Shown: positions 26,344-39,497 of the stretch, piece by piece | Layout: the number at the start of each line of letters is the position of its first letter | Numbering within the stretch: position 1 is the stretch's first letter | Assembly: GCF_001194135.2 (NCBI RefSeq) | Contig: NC_068998.1 | Location: 50,650,491-50,714,490 of the forward strand | Length of the DNA stretch: 64,000 bases | Source of the DNA: Octopus bimaculoides | Lineage: Eukaryota | Reading direction: 5' to 3' | Notes under the pieces: generated by a model | The model's database searches: none | Told to the model about the DNA's origin: nothing | The model's input: only the letters and a program-made list of their open reading frames with translations | Position numbers and translations under genes: made by a program

Positions 26344-26859
26344 CATGGTGTAAAAAATTTAAATACATGAAGACATGTAAAAACAGAATGTATTAGATTT
26401 ACGGTCTCGGAAAATAGAAAGGAAAGTCTTTTATGTTTCAAGTAAATACTGCTCTACAGGAAGAAATTACGGGGAGAAGAAAAATTGGAGAAGAAAAGAA
26501 CAATATGCGTGCTTGCGGGCAGGCGAGCGTGCCACGGACTTTCACACTGTTTCGAACCCTGAATTTCCATTCCCACTTTACTAATGAAACAGAAGCTAGA
26601 GTAGAAGACGGTGCCGTGCATTGGGATTGAACTCGCAGGCACCAACTAACCAGCCAACCGCATGGTTGGGAACCAAATTTCCTAAACTGTATCTGTTTGA
26701 AGGGATTTTGCATATTCATGTCTAAATTAATTATCTGTTATCTTTAGCATCGGAATTATCGATCTAGCATGTATAAAATTCAATCATCTTTCAAAGAATT
26801 ATATTCTTTCCCATTTATCAATCACACATTATCTCATTATGCCTTCTTTCAGTACCACT

Positions 26860-26911
<52 letters not shown>

Positions 26912-27534
26912 TCGACAAAGACGAAATAGCTTCAAGATTGAAAAGGGTGTACTTTACTTTGCTATTTTCATGAAACTTTATAGAATACTTACTGAGGAAA
27001 CAATTTCTCTCCACGGCATCTAACATAACTCTTCCTGCATTTCCAACAATTAACCTACATTATTATTATTATCATTATTATTATTATTATTATTATTGTT
27101 ATTATTATTATTATTATTTTCTTTCCTGCAGCACAAAGAAATGAAGACAACTTTTAACTTCTGAGGCGCTTATTTCCACTGGATGCTTCCAAGGAACATG
27201 GTTTTCACATTAGATTTTTAATTTTATTTTATTTTATTTATTATTATTTTTTTTTTTTTGCGAAAGAGCATCCCGGCAAATGTATTTCGTTGTCGTATAC
27301 ACGATGTTGCATTAACATTCTGGCATCACAGGCAGGAAATGAAGCTAAAATAAATCCAATATTTTTCCTGTGGCATGTGTCGAAGAGCAGAAGTTAAGCT
27401 GTAGGCTAAACGATATAATTATGCAACAGACCTGAATAAAGCGAAGCAACACACACACACACACACACACATTCATATGTATGCATACATATACAATTAC
27501 ACATGCGTATATGCATGTTGTGCGCATACGTGTA

Positions 27535-27583
<49 letters not shown>

Positions 27584-27797
27584 GTGTGTGTGNNNNNNNN
27601 NNNNNNNNNNNNNNNNNNNNNNNNNNNNNNNNNNNNNNNNNNNNNNNNNNNNNNNNNNNNNNNNNNNNNNNNNNNNNNNNNNNNNNNNNNNNNNNNNNNN
27701 NNNNNNNNNNNNNNNNNNNNNNNNNNNNNNNNNNNNNNCAGGTGGATGTCGGTATGCACATACCTGTACGTATATATGCATATACTCATTTACTTTT

Positions 27798-27832
<35 letters not shown>

Positions 27833-28482
27833 GCAGAGAGAGAGGGGAAGTTAGCTTTCTGCCTGTTGGTATGTCTGTCTGTGCATGTCTGTGCTTATCT
27901 GTGCGTGTGTTTTAGACGGAAAGCACTAAATATACTTTATACAGTTGAAATATAAGTATTTATCAAATCAAATGATGTTACTACATCGCAACTGACATAT
28001 CCAGAATACCAACTCGTACAGTATTCTTGTGTATTATTAGACACAGGCAGGTAGGTTCTACCCACTTCCGTTTGGAACATTCCCTGTATTCTGGGATAGT
28101 CAGTTAAAATCGCAATGATTACGTATAGATACATACCTTCATTACAACCAATCGACAATTTTAGTCGATGTCCTTGTCACTTCAGGTATTTTTTCTATAT
28201 TTTTTCTAGAATTTCTAAGTGAATTTTTTTGTTGTGTACATCCTACTGAATTTCTTTATATCATATTGCTTCTAATTACTTATTTTTATTATTTTATATT
28301 TTCCTTGTTTCAGTTATTTGACTGCGGCCATGCTGGAGTACCACATTGAAATGTTTTAGTCGAACAAATCACTTCAGGATTTATTTCTTTTAAAGCTTGG
28401 CGCTTTTACTATCGGTAACCTTTGCCGAACCGCTAACATACGGAGATGTAAGCAGGCCAATATCGTCGTCAAAAGCCAGCAG

Positions 28483-28660
28483 TTTTTGAGGGGAGAGGAA
28501 GCCGATGTAATCAATCCCAATACATGACTGTAACTTACTTTATCGAGCTTGAAAAGACGAAAGGCAAAGTTGTTCCCGGCAGAATTTGAACTCAGACCGT
28601 AAAAACGAGCGAAATGCCGCTAAGCATTTTCCCCCCGGCCTGTTATCGCTTCGCCGCCTT
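28483..28660 (-). mobile_element. Same SINE family, diverged
   Basis: AAAGGCAAAGTTGTTCCCGGCAGAATTTGAACTCAGAC...TAAGCATTT...TCGCCGCCTT. Confidence 0.75.
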
Positions 28661-29649
28661 AGAATGGCCTTAAATGATAATTTGGTTCAAACAAGGGAGT
28701 GGGGACGCGTAAAACATAGCATAAGGCGGGTCTCACTACTAAAAAGATTCAGGGTAATTTTTTTCATTAAGCGTGCCATTCAGACAGTTCCGCGGGCTGC
28801 AGTTTGCCCATGACTGATTTAGTCGTTTGCCCTGCTTCTATAACTCAACGACTAATGAATAGTATCGTAAGAGACCAGCATAACAACCAGTAGACAATAC
28901 GAACAGCATTAAGACGAATTTTTATGGAGGAGGACTACCAAGTGACGCCTGCTGCACGCGGAACATATAGCAAAATAAGTGCTAGCATACCTAGTGTTAT
29001 ATAGTGAGACAAGAAAAGAAATGTTGCTTTAATTAAAATTACAGCAAGAATGATGAGAAAAATAAAGCGTCGTCTTTATGTGTGATTTTGATTAAACAAA
29101 CATCAGAATAAAATAAAAGTTGGTGAAGGGATAATACCGGACATATAAATTAATTAAAATTCAGTAATAAAGAGACGACTCTTCCATCTAAGTGGAGGAA
29201 CAATTACGACCGTTATTATTCCCAAAACAATTGGTTTTGTCGGTCGCGCACAAACAAGCCATACGTCATTCAAACTGACATAAAACAGTCATCTGAGTTT
29301 TAAATTGCTCCTTCTGAAATCCTTTATTGAAATATTTCAGCCGGGAAGCAAAAGTATGAATGACACACAAGTTGCTATGAAACACCAGTTGATAATTAAA
29401 ACCAACATTCAGATTACGAGTTAATTAACCTTAACTTTTGCAGGACATTTACAATCAGCCGTTCATTCATTTTCTAGCAAACACAGCAAAGTAGTTTATT
29501 GTAGCTGACGAGGAAGTAGAGACCAGTATTTGAGAACATTATTATGCTTGGAATAGCGGAGATCTCGTGTTTATTTAGGGAATATCATGGATTGGCAAAG
29601 GAAATATGGAGTCGATTGATTGAGTCATAACATGCTCAGTATGCATACA

Positions 29650-29650
<1 letters not shown>

Positions 29651-29691
<41 letters not shown>

Positions 29692-29822
29692 TATTGCCTT
29701 CTAACGCTGGAGATGTACTAAGGTGTGAGCTCTTCACTGCCAGTGAACTAAGGTAACACCTCTTATTTTTCGAGCACCTTCCGGAGTATTCGAGCGGTTC
29801 CAAGCAGTGCTGTTTTCTGCAA
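29651..29822 (-). mobile_element. 3' end of an R4/Dong-like non-LTR retrotransposon
   Basis: Minus strand 29822-29763 translates as LQKTALLGTARILRKVLEK*, a C-terminal motif typical of R4/Dong-type ORFs. A short 3' UTR ends in (AAT)n. Confidence 0.7.
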
Positions 29823-30543
29823 GTGTAAATAATGTAAATAATGCGCAGTGACGTGGAAATATCTGGGTTGGTGTCCAGGCGTGGAGTTGGCCCCTCTGTT
29901 GTTGTCACAACATTTGTCTAGGAGAGGCGAAACTCTGAGAGAAAACCTGCGACACTGGCAACATTCTATGATGTAGTCTATTTCTTCTTTTCGAGCTTAT
30001 ATTCTCCATGTACAGAGAGCGGGATTGGATTTGGGCAAATCCTTTCCCCACTATCAAAAATCATCATGTACAGGCATCGCTTGGAAACAAAAATAAGACA
30101 TATCACAAAAATGGCTGGTTGTAGCCTTCGCATGTGTGGAACTTTCGATATCAGGCGATGGCAATACTCGAACGCTAGTTTGCAGTCATCCTGTATGTAT
30201 GTATGTCATTATTCAGTTTATTTCAAGATTTCTTACCAATAGAGAACAGGGTAGTTTTGTTTGCTTGTATGTATGCATGTATGCATGTATGTATGTATGT
30301 ATGTATGTATGTATGTATTATGTATGTACGTAAGTATGTATGTATGTATGTATGTGCAGATTTGTATGTTTTATGTTTGTATTCTCATGCATAAATTTGC
30401 ATATCTAGACATGCTCATATATGTCTCTATGTATGTATGTATGTATGTATGTATGTATGGATGGATGGATGTATGTATGTATGAATGAATATGTATGTAT
30501 GTATGTATGTACAAGCACATATACACACACGTGGGTGCAAAGG

Positions 30544-30586
<43 letters not shown>

Positions 30587-31269
30587 CTATGTTTATCTTT
30601 ACTGATAAAGGGAAAGCAATTCAACGTTTTGAATTGTGTATTTTAATTTGAGGATGAAATCTCTTACGTAGGAGACTTGATGTAATTTATTTGTATTGTA
30701 TTAAGAACGCAAAAATCAATAATAAAATTAAATAGAACTTTTTTAATTACACGTGGGAAATTATTCAAAGTAAATAATTGACTTTAATTTCAATTTTAGT
30801 AGAAAGTTTGATATGTGCTATAGTTGATTATGCGTAATTGTTATGATATTTATTACGTAAAATACAATCTACAATTAATTAACTCTGTTAATAAGTTTTA
30901 CTTAGCTAGAGTTATTTATGTGTTTGGTAGTAAGTGCATAAAGTCAGTCTACTCAAATAAATATTTTTTTTTTTTTATAATTTAAATTTAATTATGATGA
31001 GAAAGAGCTCTAATTCCCATCCTTGCCTTGCAGCACTTGGCTGTGAACCCATTCAGAGCATACTGGGGGGTCACCCCTTTATTGAGCCAAGTAGCACCAG
31101 GTCGTCCGTAAACATCAGCCGAGCTGCACCCATATCGAGGTCCAACACAAACATCTGCGCATCCGTATAGGGATTAGACTGAAATAATCTAAGTGGCTCA
31201 TAGACCTTTTGAGGTCTATTTCTAGCCGACTGGTTTTGTAATCGTTCAACACCCTTATTATAATTTTAT

Positions 31270-31308
<39 letters not shown>

Positions 31309-31438
31309 TGCATACATACATATGTACATACATAAGGAGATAAAGGAAGAGGAAGAGCGAAAGGGTATGATGAAGATGGAATAGAAAGGCAAAAAAGAGG
31401 AGGAAGAGGAGGAGGAAGAGGTGGTGGGATGTATTTAC

Positions 31439-31549
31439 CTTCATTTGATAAAGAATTTCTTGCTAACGAGATTTCATCATCTACCATGTTGTTCATTCTA
31501 GGATTTTCATCCATACTCATCATCGGGTATTGCATTTTGTCTGTTAGAT
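31439..31549 (-). CDS. Third coding exon of the same precursor
   Basis: Acceptor tgttttatgtctgcag|AT and donor GAAG|GTAAAT. 111 bp, phase 1-1. Reads DLTDKMQYPMMSMDENPRMNNMVDDEISLARNSLSNE, matching the acidic composition of the other exons. Confidence 0.75.
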
Positions 31550-31632
31550 CTGCAGACATAAAACACATTTTATACATTAGGTGCACTTTCTAAAATTTGT
31601 GAGTGAGTTTCTACGTAAAGATGCATGTATAT

Positions 31633-31670
<38 letters not shown>

Positions 31671-32437
31671 NNNNNNNNNNNNNNNNNNNNNNNNNNNNNN
31701 NNNNNNNNNNNNNNNNNNNNNNNNNNNNNNNNNNNNNNNNNNNNNNNNNNNNNNNNNNNNNNNNNNNNNNNNNNNNNNNNNNNNNNNNNNNNNNNNNNNN
31801 NNNNNNNNNNNNNNNNNNNNNNNNNNNNNNNNNNNNNNNNNNNNNNNNNNNNNNNNNNNNNNNNNNNNNNNNNNNNNNNNNNNNNNNNNNNNNNNNNNNN
31901 NNNNNNNNNNNNNNNNNNNNNNNNNNNNNNNNNNNNNNNNNNNNNNNNNNNNNNNNNNNNNNNNNNNNNNNNNNNNNNNNNNNNNNNNNNNNNNNNNNNN
32001 NNNNNNNNNNNNNNNNNNNNNNNNNNNNNNNNNNNNNNNNNNNNNNNNNNNNNNNNNNNNNNNNNNNNNNNNNNNNNNNNNNNNNNNNNNNNNNNNNNNN
32101 NNNNNNNNNNNNNNNNNNNNNNNNNNNNNNNNNNNNNNNNNNNNNNNNNNNNNNNNNNNNNNNNNNNNNNNNNNNNNNNNNNNNNNNNNNNNNNNNNNNN
32201 NNNNNNNNNNNNNNNNNNNNNNNNNNNNNNNNNNNNNNNNNNNNNNNNNNNNNNNNNNNNNNNNNNNNNNNNNNNNNNNNNNNNNNNNNNNNNNNNNNNN
32301 NNNNNNNNNNNNNNNNNNNNNNNNNNNNNNNNNNNNNNNNNNNNNNNNNNNNNNNNNNNNNNNNNNNNNNNNNNNNNNNNNNNNNNNNNNNNNNNNNNNN
32401 NNNNNNNNNNTATAGGCAAACATATACAATATCCACA

Positions 32438-32474
<37 letters not shown>

Positions 32475-32674
32475 GCAAGCGTAAATATATGCGTGTGTAC
32501 ACACATACATACAAGCAGACATACCGACATCCATTCAGCATACGTTTCTATGGACACAAACACTCAATTACACCCACATACTTGAAAATATGGGTACAGG
32601 CAAACAGGACCGCTCACCTAGAATCTTTCTGCCGTCTATTACTGTTTTTATCTTATTACTTTAACTCATGTCCA

Positions 32675-32720
32675 TTGTCAAGAAATCTTTCGTCACACAC
32701 CTGTGACCTCTTCAGCGACA
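32675..32720 (-). ncRNA. Hammerhead-like motif (family D) with canonical CUGAAGA core
   Basis: TGTCG CTGAAGA G GTCACA-ggtg-TGTGAC GAAA GATTTCT TGACAA. Helix I is TGTCG/TGACA and helix II is 6 bp. Helix III is imperfect, with one extra base. Confidence 0.55.
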
Positions 32721-34071
32721 CTTTTTGTTTACGTGTGTGTGTTCTTGCTCCACTTATTCCCTCCAGTTCTTCTAAGGTGTGTATCCTTGTGTGCGCATGC
32801 GTTTGTGTCCTTGTGTGTGTGTATAATTGTGTGTATGTGTGTGTGTCATAGTTTTAGCAGCAGTGTGGCCTTCCCCGCAGCAGCCTCATACTCTCACCCC
32901 ATTGTACTGCTGCTGTTCTAAAACCCAAAAACATGATACAGTTCATGTTTTCTTCTGTGTATGTGTGTTCGCCCACGGTGTTGCCATCGTGGTAGTTGTT
33001 CTTGTTGTTATAAAAATGTTACACAGTACTATGTCATACGTTATGAATCAATACATTGGATCAAGGCATAATCATTCACTATTTTATGCTACATTAGGGG
33101 ATACAAAATTCAATGTTGGCAGACATCCTAAGACTATTCTATATAAATTGCATACCATGTCATGACTTATTACATGTTGCATAGGTTTTACGATGACAAT
33201 TTGCATCAATAGTAAGACAAGAGATGTCGCCATTTTAATGTTTTATAGAAAAGCAACCGGCGTGTTGTTCGAATCCTATATAAGAGAATGGCAATCATTT
33301 AGAACCAAGCAGCCGAGATATTGTGCACAAATGTATATACGTGTGTTTGTGTGTCCATGTCTGTTACAATTATGCGTATTATTTGGTGAATGTCCAAACA
33401 CGTATGTGTATGCGTGCGCATATGTTTATTTGTAGTCAAGAATTCTGCTTTATATTTTCTTAAAGTCAACATCTGTAGCACTCTCTTTCCGGTCTGATAC
33501 TTCTATTATTTAAATTCTTTAAGTAGTGCTTTAGATTCTTCATACAATAATTACAAGCATTCGTTGTATTCTAGCCTCCATTTTTACTTCTTATTACCGC
33601 CAAAAACCTCTTTGAATTAGTAACATTAAAACACGTTCGCCTCTCTTTCAGAATCTTAAGCCTATTAACTTTACAGCTGAAAGACTACATTCTGTTTCCG
33701 ATTTCCATAATAAGACATATATCTTGCTAATACATCGCGACTAAATCCAATAATTACCTGTAGTGTGTGCGTACGCAAGTGTGTGTGTGTGTTTTTTGTA
33801 TCTCTCTGACTGAAGAGTTTATTATTTCCTCAATGTCTAATACTTCCTGACATTAAAGAATAAAACAGCTGCTTGTTAATTATATAACCCATTAAATGTG
33901 GTTGCTGTGGTTATTTTCATATTAATGATTCCAAAGAAGAAAAATAAACTGATAAAAGGATTACATTATAAGGACTGTATGTAGTAATCTCTTGTTATTG
34001 GTTATAAGAAAATACTTCGAAAGCAACTATTCTATGAAACTATATACCTGTCTGTATGTTTATTGTACGAT

Positions 34072-34110
<39 letters not shown>

Positions 34111-34865
34111 NNNNNNNNNNNNNNNNNNNNNNNNNNNNNNNNNNNNNNNNNNNNNNNNNNNNNNNNNNNNNNNNNNNNNNNNNNNNNNNNNNNNNNNNNN
34201 NNNNNNNNNNNNNNNNNNNNNNNNNNNNNNNNNNNNNNNNNNNNNNNNNNNNNNNNNNNNNNNNNNNNNNNNNNNNNNNNNNNNNNNNNNNNNNNNNNNN
34301 NNNNNNNNNNNNNNNNNNNNNNNNNNNNNNNNNNNNNNNNNNNNNNNNNNNNNNNNNNNNNNNNNNNNNNNNNNNNNNNNNNNNNNNNNNNNNNNNNNNN
34401 NNNNNNNNNNNNNNNNNNNNNNNNNNNNNNNNNNNNNNNNNNNNNNNNNNNNNNNNNNNNNNNNNNNNNNNNNNNNNNNNNNNNNNNNNNNNNNNNNNNN
34501 NNNNNNNNNNNNNNNNNNNNNNNNNNNNNNNNNNNNNNNNNNNNNNNNNNNNNNNNNNNNNNNNNNNNNNNNNNNNNNNNNNNNNNNNNNNNNNNNNNNN
34601 NNNNNNNNNNNNNNNNNNNNNNNNNNNNNNNNNNNNNNNNNNNNNNNNNNNNNNNNNNNNNNNNNNNNNNNNNNNNNNNNNNNNNNNNNNNNNNNNNNNN
34701 NNNNNNNNNNNNNNNNNNNNNNNNNNNNNNNNNNNNNNNNNNNNNNNNNNNNNNNNNNNNNNNNNNNNNNNNNNNNNNNNNNNNNNNNNAAACAGAATTT
34801 ATTGATTTCTGTAATTTTTTTTTCCTGATTTCCTCTTTATTTCTTTTTGTGTATTTATTCGATCA

Positions 34866-34909
<44 letters not shown>

Positions 34910-36381
34910 CCTTTGTTTGTTTGTTTGTTTAAACATAATACAAGAAACAGAAAAATATAACAAAACCATTATTTTCACTTCTAGTGAAATGTATAGTGAC
35001 GTCAGACATAAAACCTTGACAATAAATATGACTTCTACGCATGCGCAACCGGTGGTTGTGACTAGGAATTCTTTTATTTTATACATGTATCTTTACATCA
35101 GAGTGCACTCACGCGCGCATCTTTACGCATGTATGTATGTCTCTGCGTGTGTGTGTGTGTTTTTGCGTGCGTCTGTGTGTGTCTGTGTACGTATACATTA
35201 GGCTTCACGTATTCCATATTTCTTCCGTGTTCTTTACTCTATGTTTGAGAAAAGACACTTTAATTTTTCACGTTTCTTCTTTCAAGTTGACACATAGTTT
35301 CCTGCGAATATTTTTAAGCGACAGAAAACAGCGTGTTGTCGAAGAAGAGAGATTCACTTCGCGACATTTTAAACAAGAGATGTTTCTATACCGACCTCTT
35401 TGCTGCGTAGATACTGAGAGACTTATGCGTTGAATCTTAGTATGATTTTATCAATTGGCAAATATTCAGTTAAAACAGCGATTCGCTTTAAACGACGGTC
35501 ATTAATTTAATTATTGATGCGATCTTGTTAACTCTCGCCGTCAAAAACGAACGCGTAAAGCGCCTTCCAGTGGCTCGAACAGTGAGTTCGAATCCATGAT
35601 AGTCTTTCATTCTGCAAGTTAGAAATATACGTCTGGTCTTCCTCAAATTACTTCTGTTGTCTTTATGAAAATAGAAACACACCACATACATCGAACAGTG
35701 TGTTTCTAATCTGTCCATATATGTTCACAATATTTACACTATATACCACGTCGACATGTATGCCGCAAAATAGGGCGTTTCTTTTTGTATTTATTGCTAC
35801 GCCTTCACGTATTTCGGGTCGAGTGGGAGGTAGATAGGGTAGAATGTATTGTTCAAGCAGAAACCTCGGCCGAATGCTTGCAACAGAGTGAACTCTGTTA
35901 AAAGTACACGAGGCCTAGGTGTTGGTATTAAACGGGGTATGATATTAAAAGTCTACCTCCTCTTCAACCATTTAGGCCATGATGATATTTGAACACGGAA
36001 CGCAAAAACTGAAACAAATACCATAAGACATTTTGTCTAATGCTTTACTGAGTCTGCCTGTCCACGGCCTCGATTGTTGCTTTATTTATAGGCCTTGGTG
36101 GGAAACGAACTCAGAAAAATAAAAGGCGGAATAAATGTCACAAGGCGTTTCGTCTGATGTTCTAAACATTATTCTTGTTTTCTGCCTCAGTAAAATGATA
36201 GAGCACCGGATTGCTAAACCTAGAATATATTGAATATATAAAAGAATATATAGAATATATAGGTCCATTCAATCGAGAATATCCGAGGACTAAACAACAA
36301 CAACAACAACAACAACAAAAACAATAAGCAACAATAACAAAAAATTGTCTTCCTTAATTAAAAGTTGTGGGCTTATCTTAC

Positions 36382-36876
36382 CCGTGGATGGAATGTTTGC
36401 TCTGTTGTCTTGTAACATTTGAAGTCTGTTGTCTGGTATGTCATACAGTAAAGGTAACTGAATGTTTTTCCTAAGGGGTTCGTTCATTAGATTGTTTTGG
36501 TAGTTTTGTTGGTTGTCAATGTAGTCGCTTTCTTTATTGTTTTCTAAATCGTTTGCCGTCATTTTGATAATCGGCCGAGATCTCTTGTTTACTGAACTTT
36601 TGATATCATTTGAACGACGATCAAATCTTCGGAGATATTCCAATGCCAGTTTGTCCAAGGCATCTTCTGTGTCTGAATCTATTTCCTTGTTTCCTAGTTC
36701 TTCCATAAGTTTTTCTACTTTAATGGCCTTCTGAAGGTCAGTAATTTCTCTTGGAATCGATTCATCTGTGTTCTGCGTTGTTTGAGAAGCTGTTGCAGCT
36801 TTGAGTGCGTCAGTCAAATAATCTATTTCCATTCCTTCTAGTTTGTGCTTGATCCATAGTTTAGCGATGATTTTGG
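36382..36876 (-). CDS. Second coding exon of the same precursor
   Basis: Acceptor ttttctttttttttcgaaaacag|CC and donor ACGG|GTAAGA. 495 bp, phase 1-1. Continues the frame as AKIIAKLWIKHKLEGMEIDYLTDALKAAT...RANIPST, with dibasic LRR, DRR and NKR. Confidence 0.88.
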
Positions 36877-37478
36877 CTGTTTTCGAAAAAAAAAGAAAAA
36901 TGGAAAATTCAATTGAAAGCTTTTGAAAGAAACTAATACGAACATAGCAAAATTAAGAAAAATTGAAAACTGAAACCATTTATTGCAAATGCTATATCAG
37001 TGACGTAAGACAAAAATGAATGTAGCCGACGAGATAACTCCATTTTCACTGTCATTCGACATGCTAAAAATAGCGACTAAAGATCCTTCAAATTACACTT
37101 ACACTTTGCTGCCTCAGAAAAAAAAGAAAGAGAAACACGTCAGATGATTTATTCCACTGTACAAGGATAAAGAAGGATAATCACTCACATATGAAATACC
37201 CAAAATAAATCGTTTTAACCGGAGGATAACGCAGTCTAGTGGAGATTAAAGAACACAAGAAAAACATCAAGCAGGTGCTTTCGAGTTCTGCATGTATAAG
37301 AAGATCATGATTTTGCTTTGAATTATAAAATTTAAGCGAGACAACATATATTATACGCACAATCTCCAAAATCTTTGTCGAGATAACAACACAAGACGTT
37401 GTGATACCGGTGAGATGACGCTCTATGTACATTCTCCCAACATACTTATGAACCAATGCTCTATATATTTCTCATGAT

Positions 37479-37660
37479 ACAGTTCTATATTTAAGAGATG
37501 AGGAATTATGTACATTATTTACATTATTTACATTTGACGGATATTTGTCCTCACCTTGTTTGTTGTTAACACAACGTTTCGGCTGATATACGCTCCAGCC
37601 TTTATCAGGTATCTTGGGGGAATTTCAAACCTGGGTTCTCATTCCTAAGGTATTTTTCGA

Positions 37661-37693
<33 letters not shown>

Positions 37694-37698
37694 CATCA

Positions 37699-37773
<75 letters not shown>

Positions 37774-37842
37774 TCACTGCCTGGAATCGAACTCGGGATC
37801 TTAGGGTTAGTAGCCCAAGCTCTTAACCACTACGCCATATGC
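37479..37842 (-). mobile_element. Family A element, full length, with expanded (AAT)n
   Basis: Reverse complement of the 44086-44380 layout. The core reads CTGATAA (G8A) at 37568-37613. Confidence 0.85.
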
Positions 37843-38589
37843 TCACTTCTACAGTCATTTAACATAGGGGGAACGGCAAAGTGTGTAATCAGAGAAATAT
37901 TTCACTGCTATTTCTAGCAAATCGAGCGACTAGATAGCGGTTCCCTCATTCGCTCTAAAAAGAAAAAAATAAATAAACTTGCAAGACATTTTCTCTGTTT
38001 TTCCAATTTGTGATATGGGGCGTGAGAATTTCAAATTGTTTAAACTGGCATATTTCTTTTAATAACCAAAATCTTGGAATATGTTTAAAGGAAATCGTAA
38101 CCTTGAAGAAAAAAATCAATGATACCATTCAAAGTTCAATTTAATTTTTTAATGCGATTTTCAATGCATAATATCGATCAATGATTGTAGTTCAATTTTA
38201 TTAAATGGAAATTTCTCACCCATAAAAAAAAGTCAATCAATAAAAATATTGAGAAAATCTTAAGCCAATGAGTGACTTTATCGTGGTGACTCAACCGATA
38301 AGCTACAGCCGTCAAATCACGCTCAGATTAAATTACACCTTCATGTCTTATCTTCAAATGGAAAAACACATTGGATAAATGTAATCTAAGAAAGTCAGTG
38401 TTGGACAAATACAGGATGATCATAAGTGGGACACAATTGATGAAGATGTTATTCCATCAGAACTAATAATAAACATATGAAAGTGGTATGAGGTGATGGC
38501 TGTTGTCGTTAGGCCTAACTCAAGACATGCTATCATGATCGATATCCAGGCTATAGTGGAGAAGGTAAGTCACTGGATTTCGTTGAAAA

Positions 38590-38760
38590 GAGGTGATGAG
38601 CAATGGCTAGAATAATATTGAGTAAAACATGGTAACCATTTGGACTGCTAAACATGGTAACCAAGTGGTACCGGTGCACAACAGTGACATCGAGGGCAAG
38701 GCACTTCTCTCTCGATGGTCCCATAAGCCTGCATTGTCCAGTATGCAGCACTTTCGACTG
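38590..38760 (+). pseudogene. Possible RTE-type LINE C-terminal relic
   Basis: Frameshifted WTAK..VTKWY....SRW pattern resembling the RTE ORF end. Highly decayed. Confidence 0.3.
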
Positions 38761-39189
38761 GTAACGCTTGTTTCTGCAAGTTGTTTGCAAATAAACTGAA
38801 AACATTTCAGCTAACGAAGAGGGCAATCAATATCGTATGAGCCAACGAGGAGGCATTCACGGGATCACTGAATACGCTTGATATAGCAGTCAAATACCAC
38901 TAAAACTTCTAGCTAAAATAGAATTAAAACACAAAAGCAAAATGAAATCACGAATAATGCTAAAAATTGGTTTATGTAGTTTGATTTCTTTATCCATCAG
39001 TTTCTACTAAGATAAGACCGCGAGTAAAATTAATAACAGAGAAACGAAAATAAAACTTTGAAAACAGAAACGCCGCCATAGCTTACGTGGAAACCATGAG
39101 CTTGCTTTCAAGGGAAATAATCAGGAAAAGACTTGAAAGTGAACGTAAGATCGTAATACTTCATGTAAAGTAAAGTAAATATAACAAAT

Positions 39190-39375
39190 AATCCAGAATC
39201 CTTGTCCGGTACCGGATCAATCCCAAAATATAATCAGTGTCTGCCAGTCACGAGGCCAACTATCCTTGAAAGTTTCATCTGAATCCATCCCTCGGTTCTT
39301 GAGATATCGTGTCCGCGGACAAACAAACAAACGCAACTGAAAACAATACTTCTGCCTTCGCTAAGGCGGAGGCAA
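39190..39375 (+). mobile_element. End of a non-autonomous element with a terminal GC-rich hairpin (Helentron/HINE-like or MITE)
   Basis: Internal (ACAA)n, then a 10-bp stem CTTCTGCCTT-cgct-AAGGCGGAGG at 39349-39372. The class assignment is an inference. Confidence 0.4.
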
Positions 39376-39401
39376 TACTAATAATAATAATTATTATAAT
39401 T

Positions 39402-39483
39402 AGAAGAAGAAGAAGAAGAAGAAGAAGAAGAAGAAGAAGAAGAAGAAGAAGAAGAAGAAGAAGAAGAAGAAGAAGAAGAAGAA
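39402..39483. repeat. (GAA/TTC)~27 pure triplet tract
   Basis: 82 nt of uninterrupted AGA repeats, beginning 15 nt into the intron after the first coding exon. Confidence 0.95.
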
Positions 39484-39497
39484 ATGAGTTTACAAAC

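Noticed and set aside
26433-26719. Overlapping 63-93 aa ORFs inside the long intron
   Set aside because: No good splice sites, and part of the stretch (about 26609-26675) resembles a decayed copy of the second SINE family.
34997-35004. Perfect CRE TGACGTCA in an intron
   Set aside because: About one such 8-mer is expected by chance in this much sequence, and there is no supporting context.
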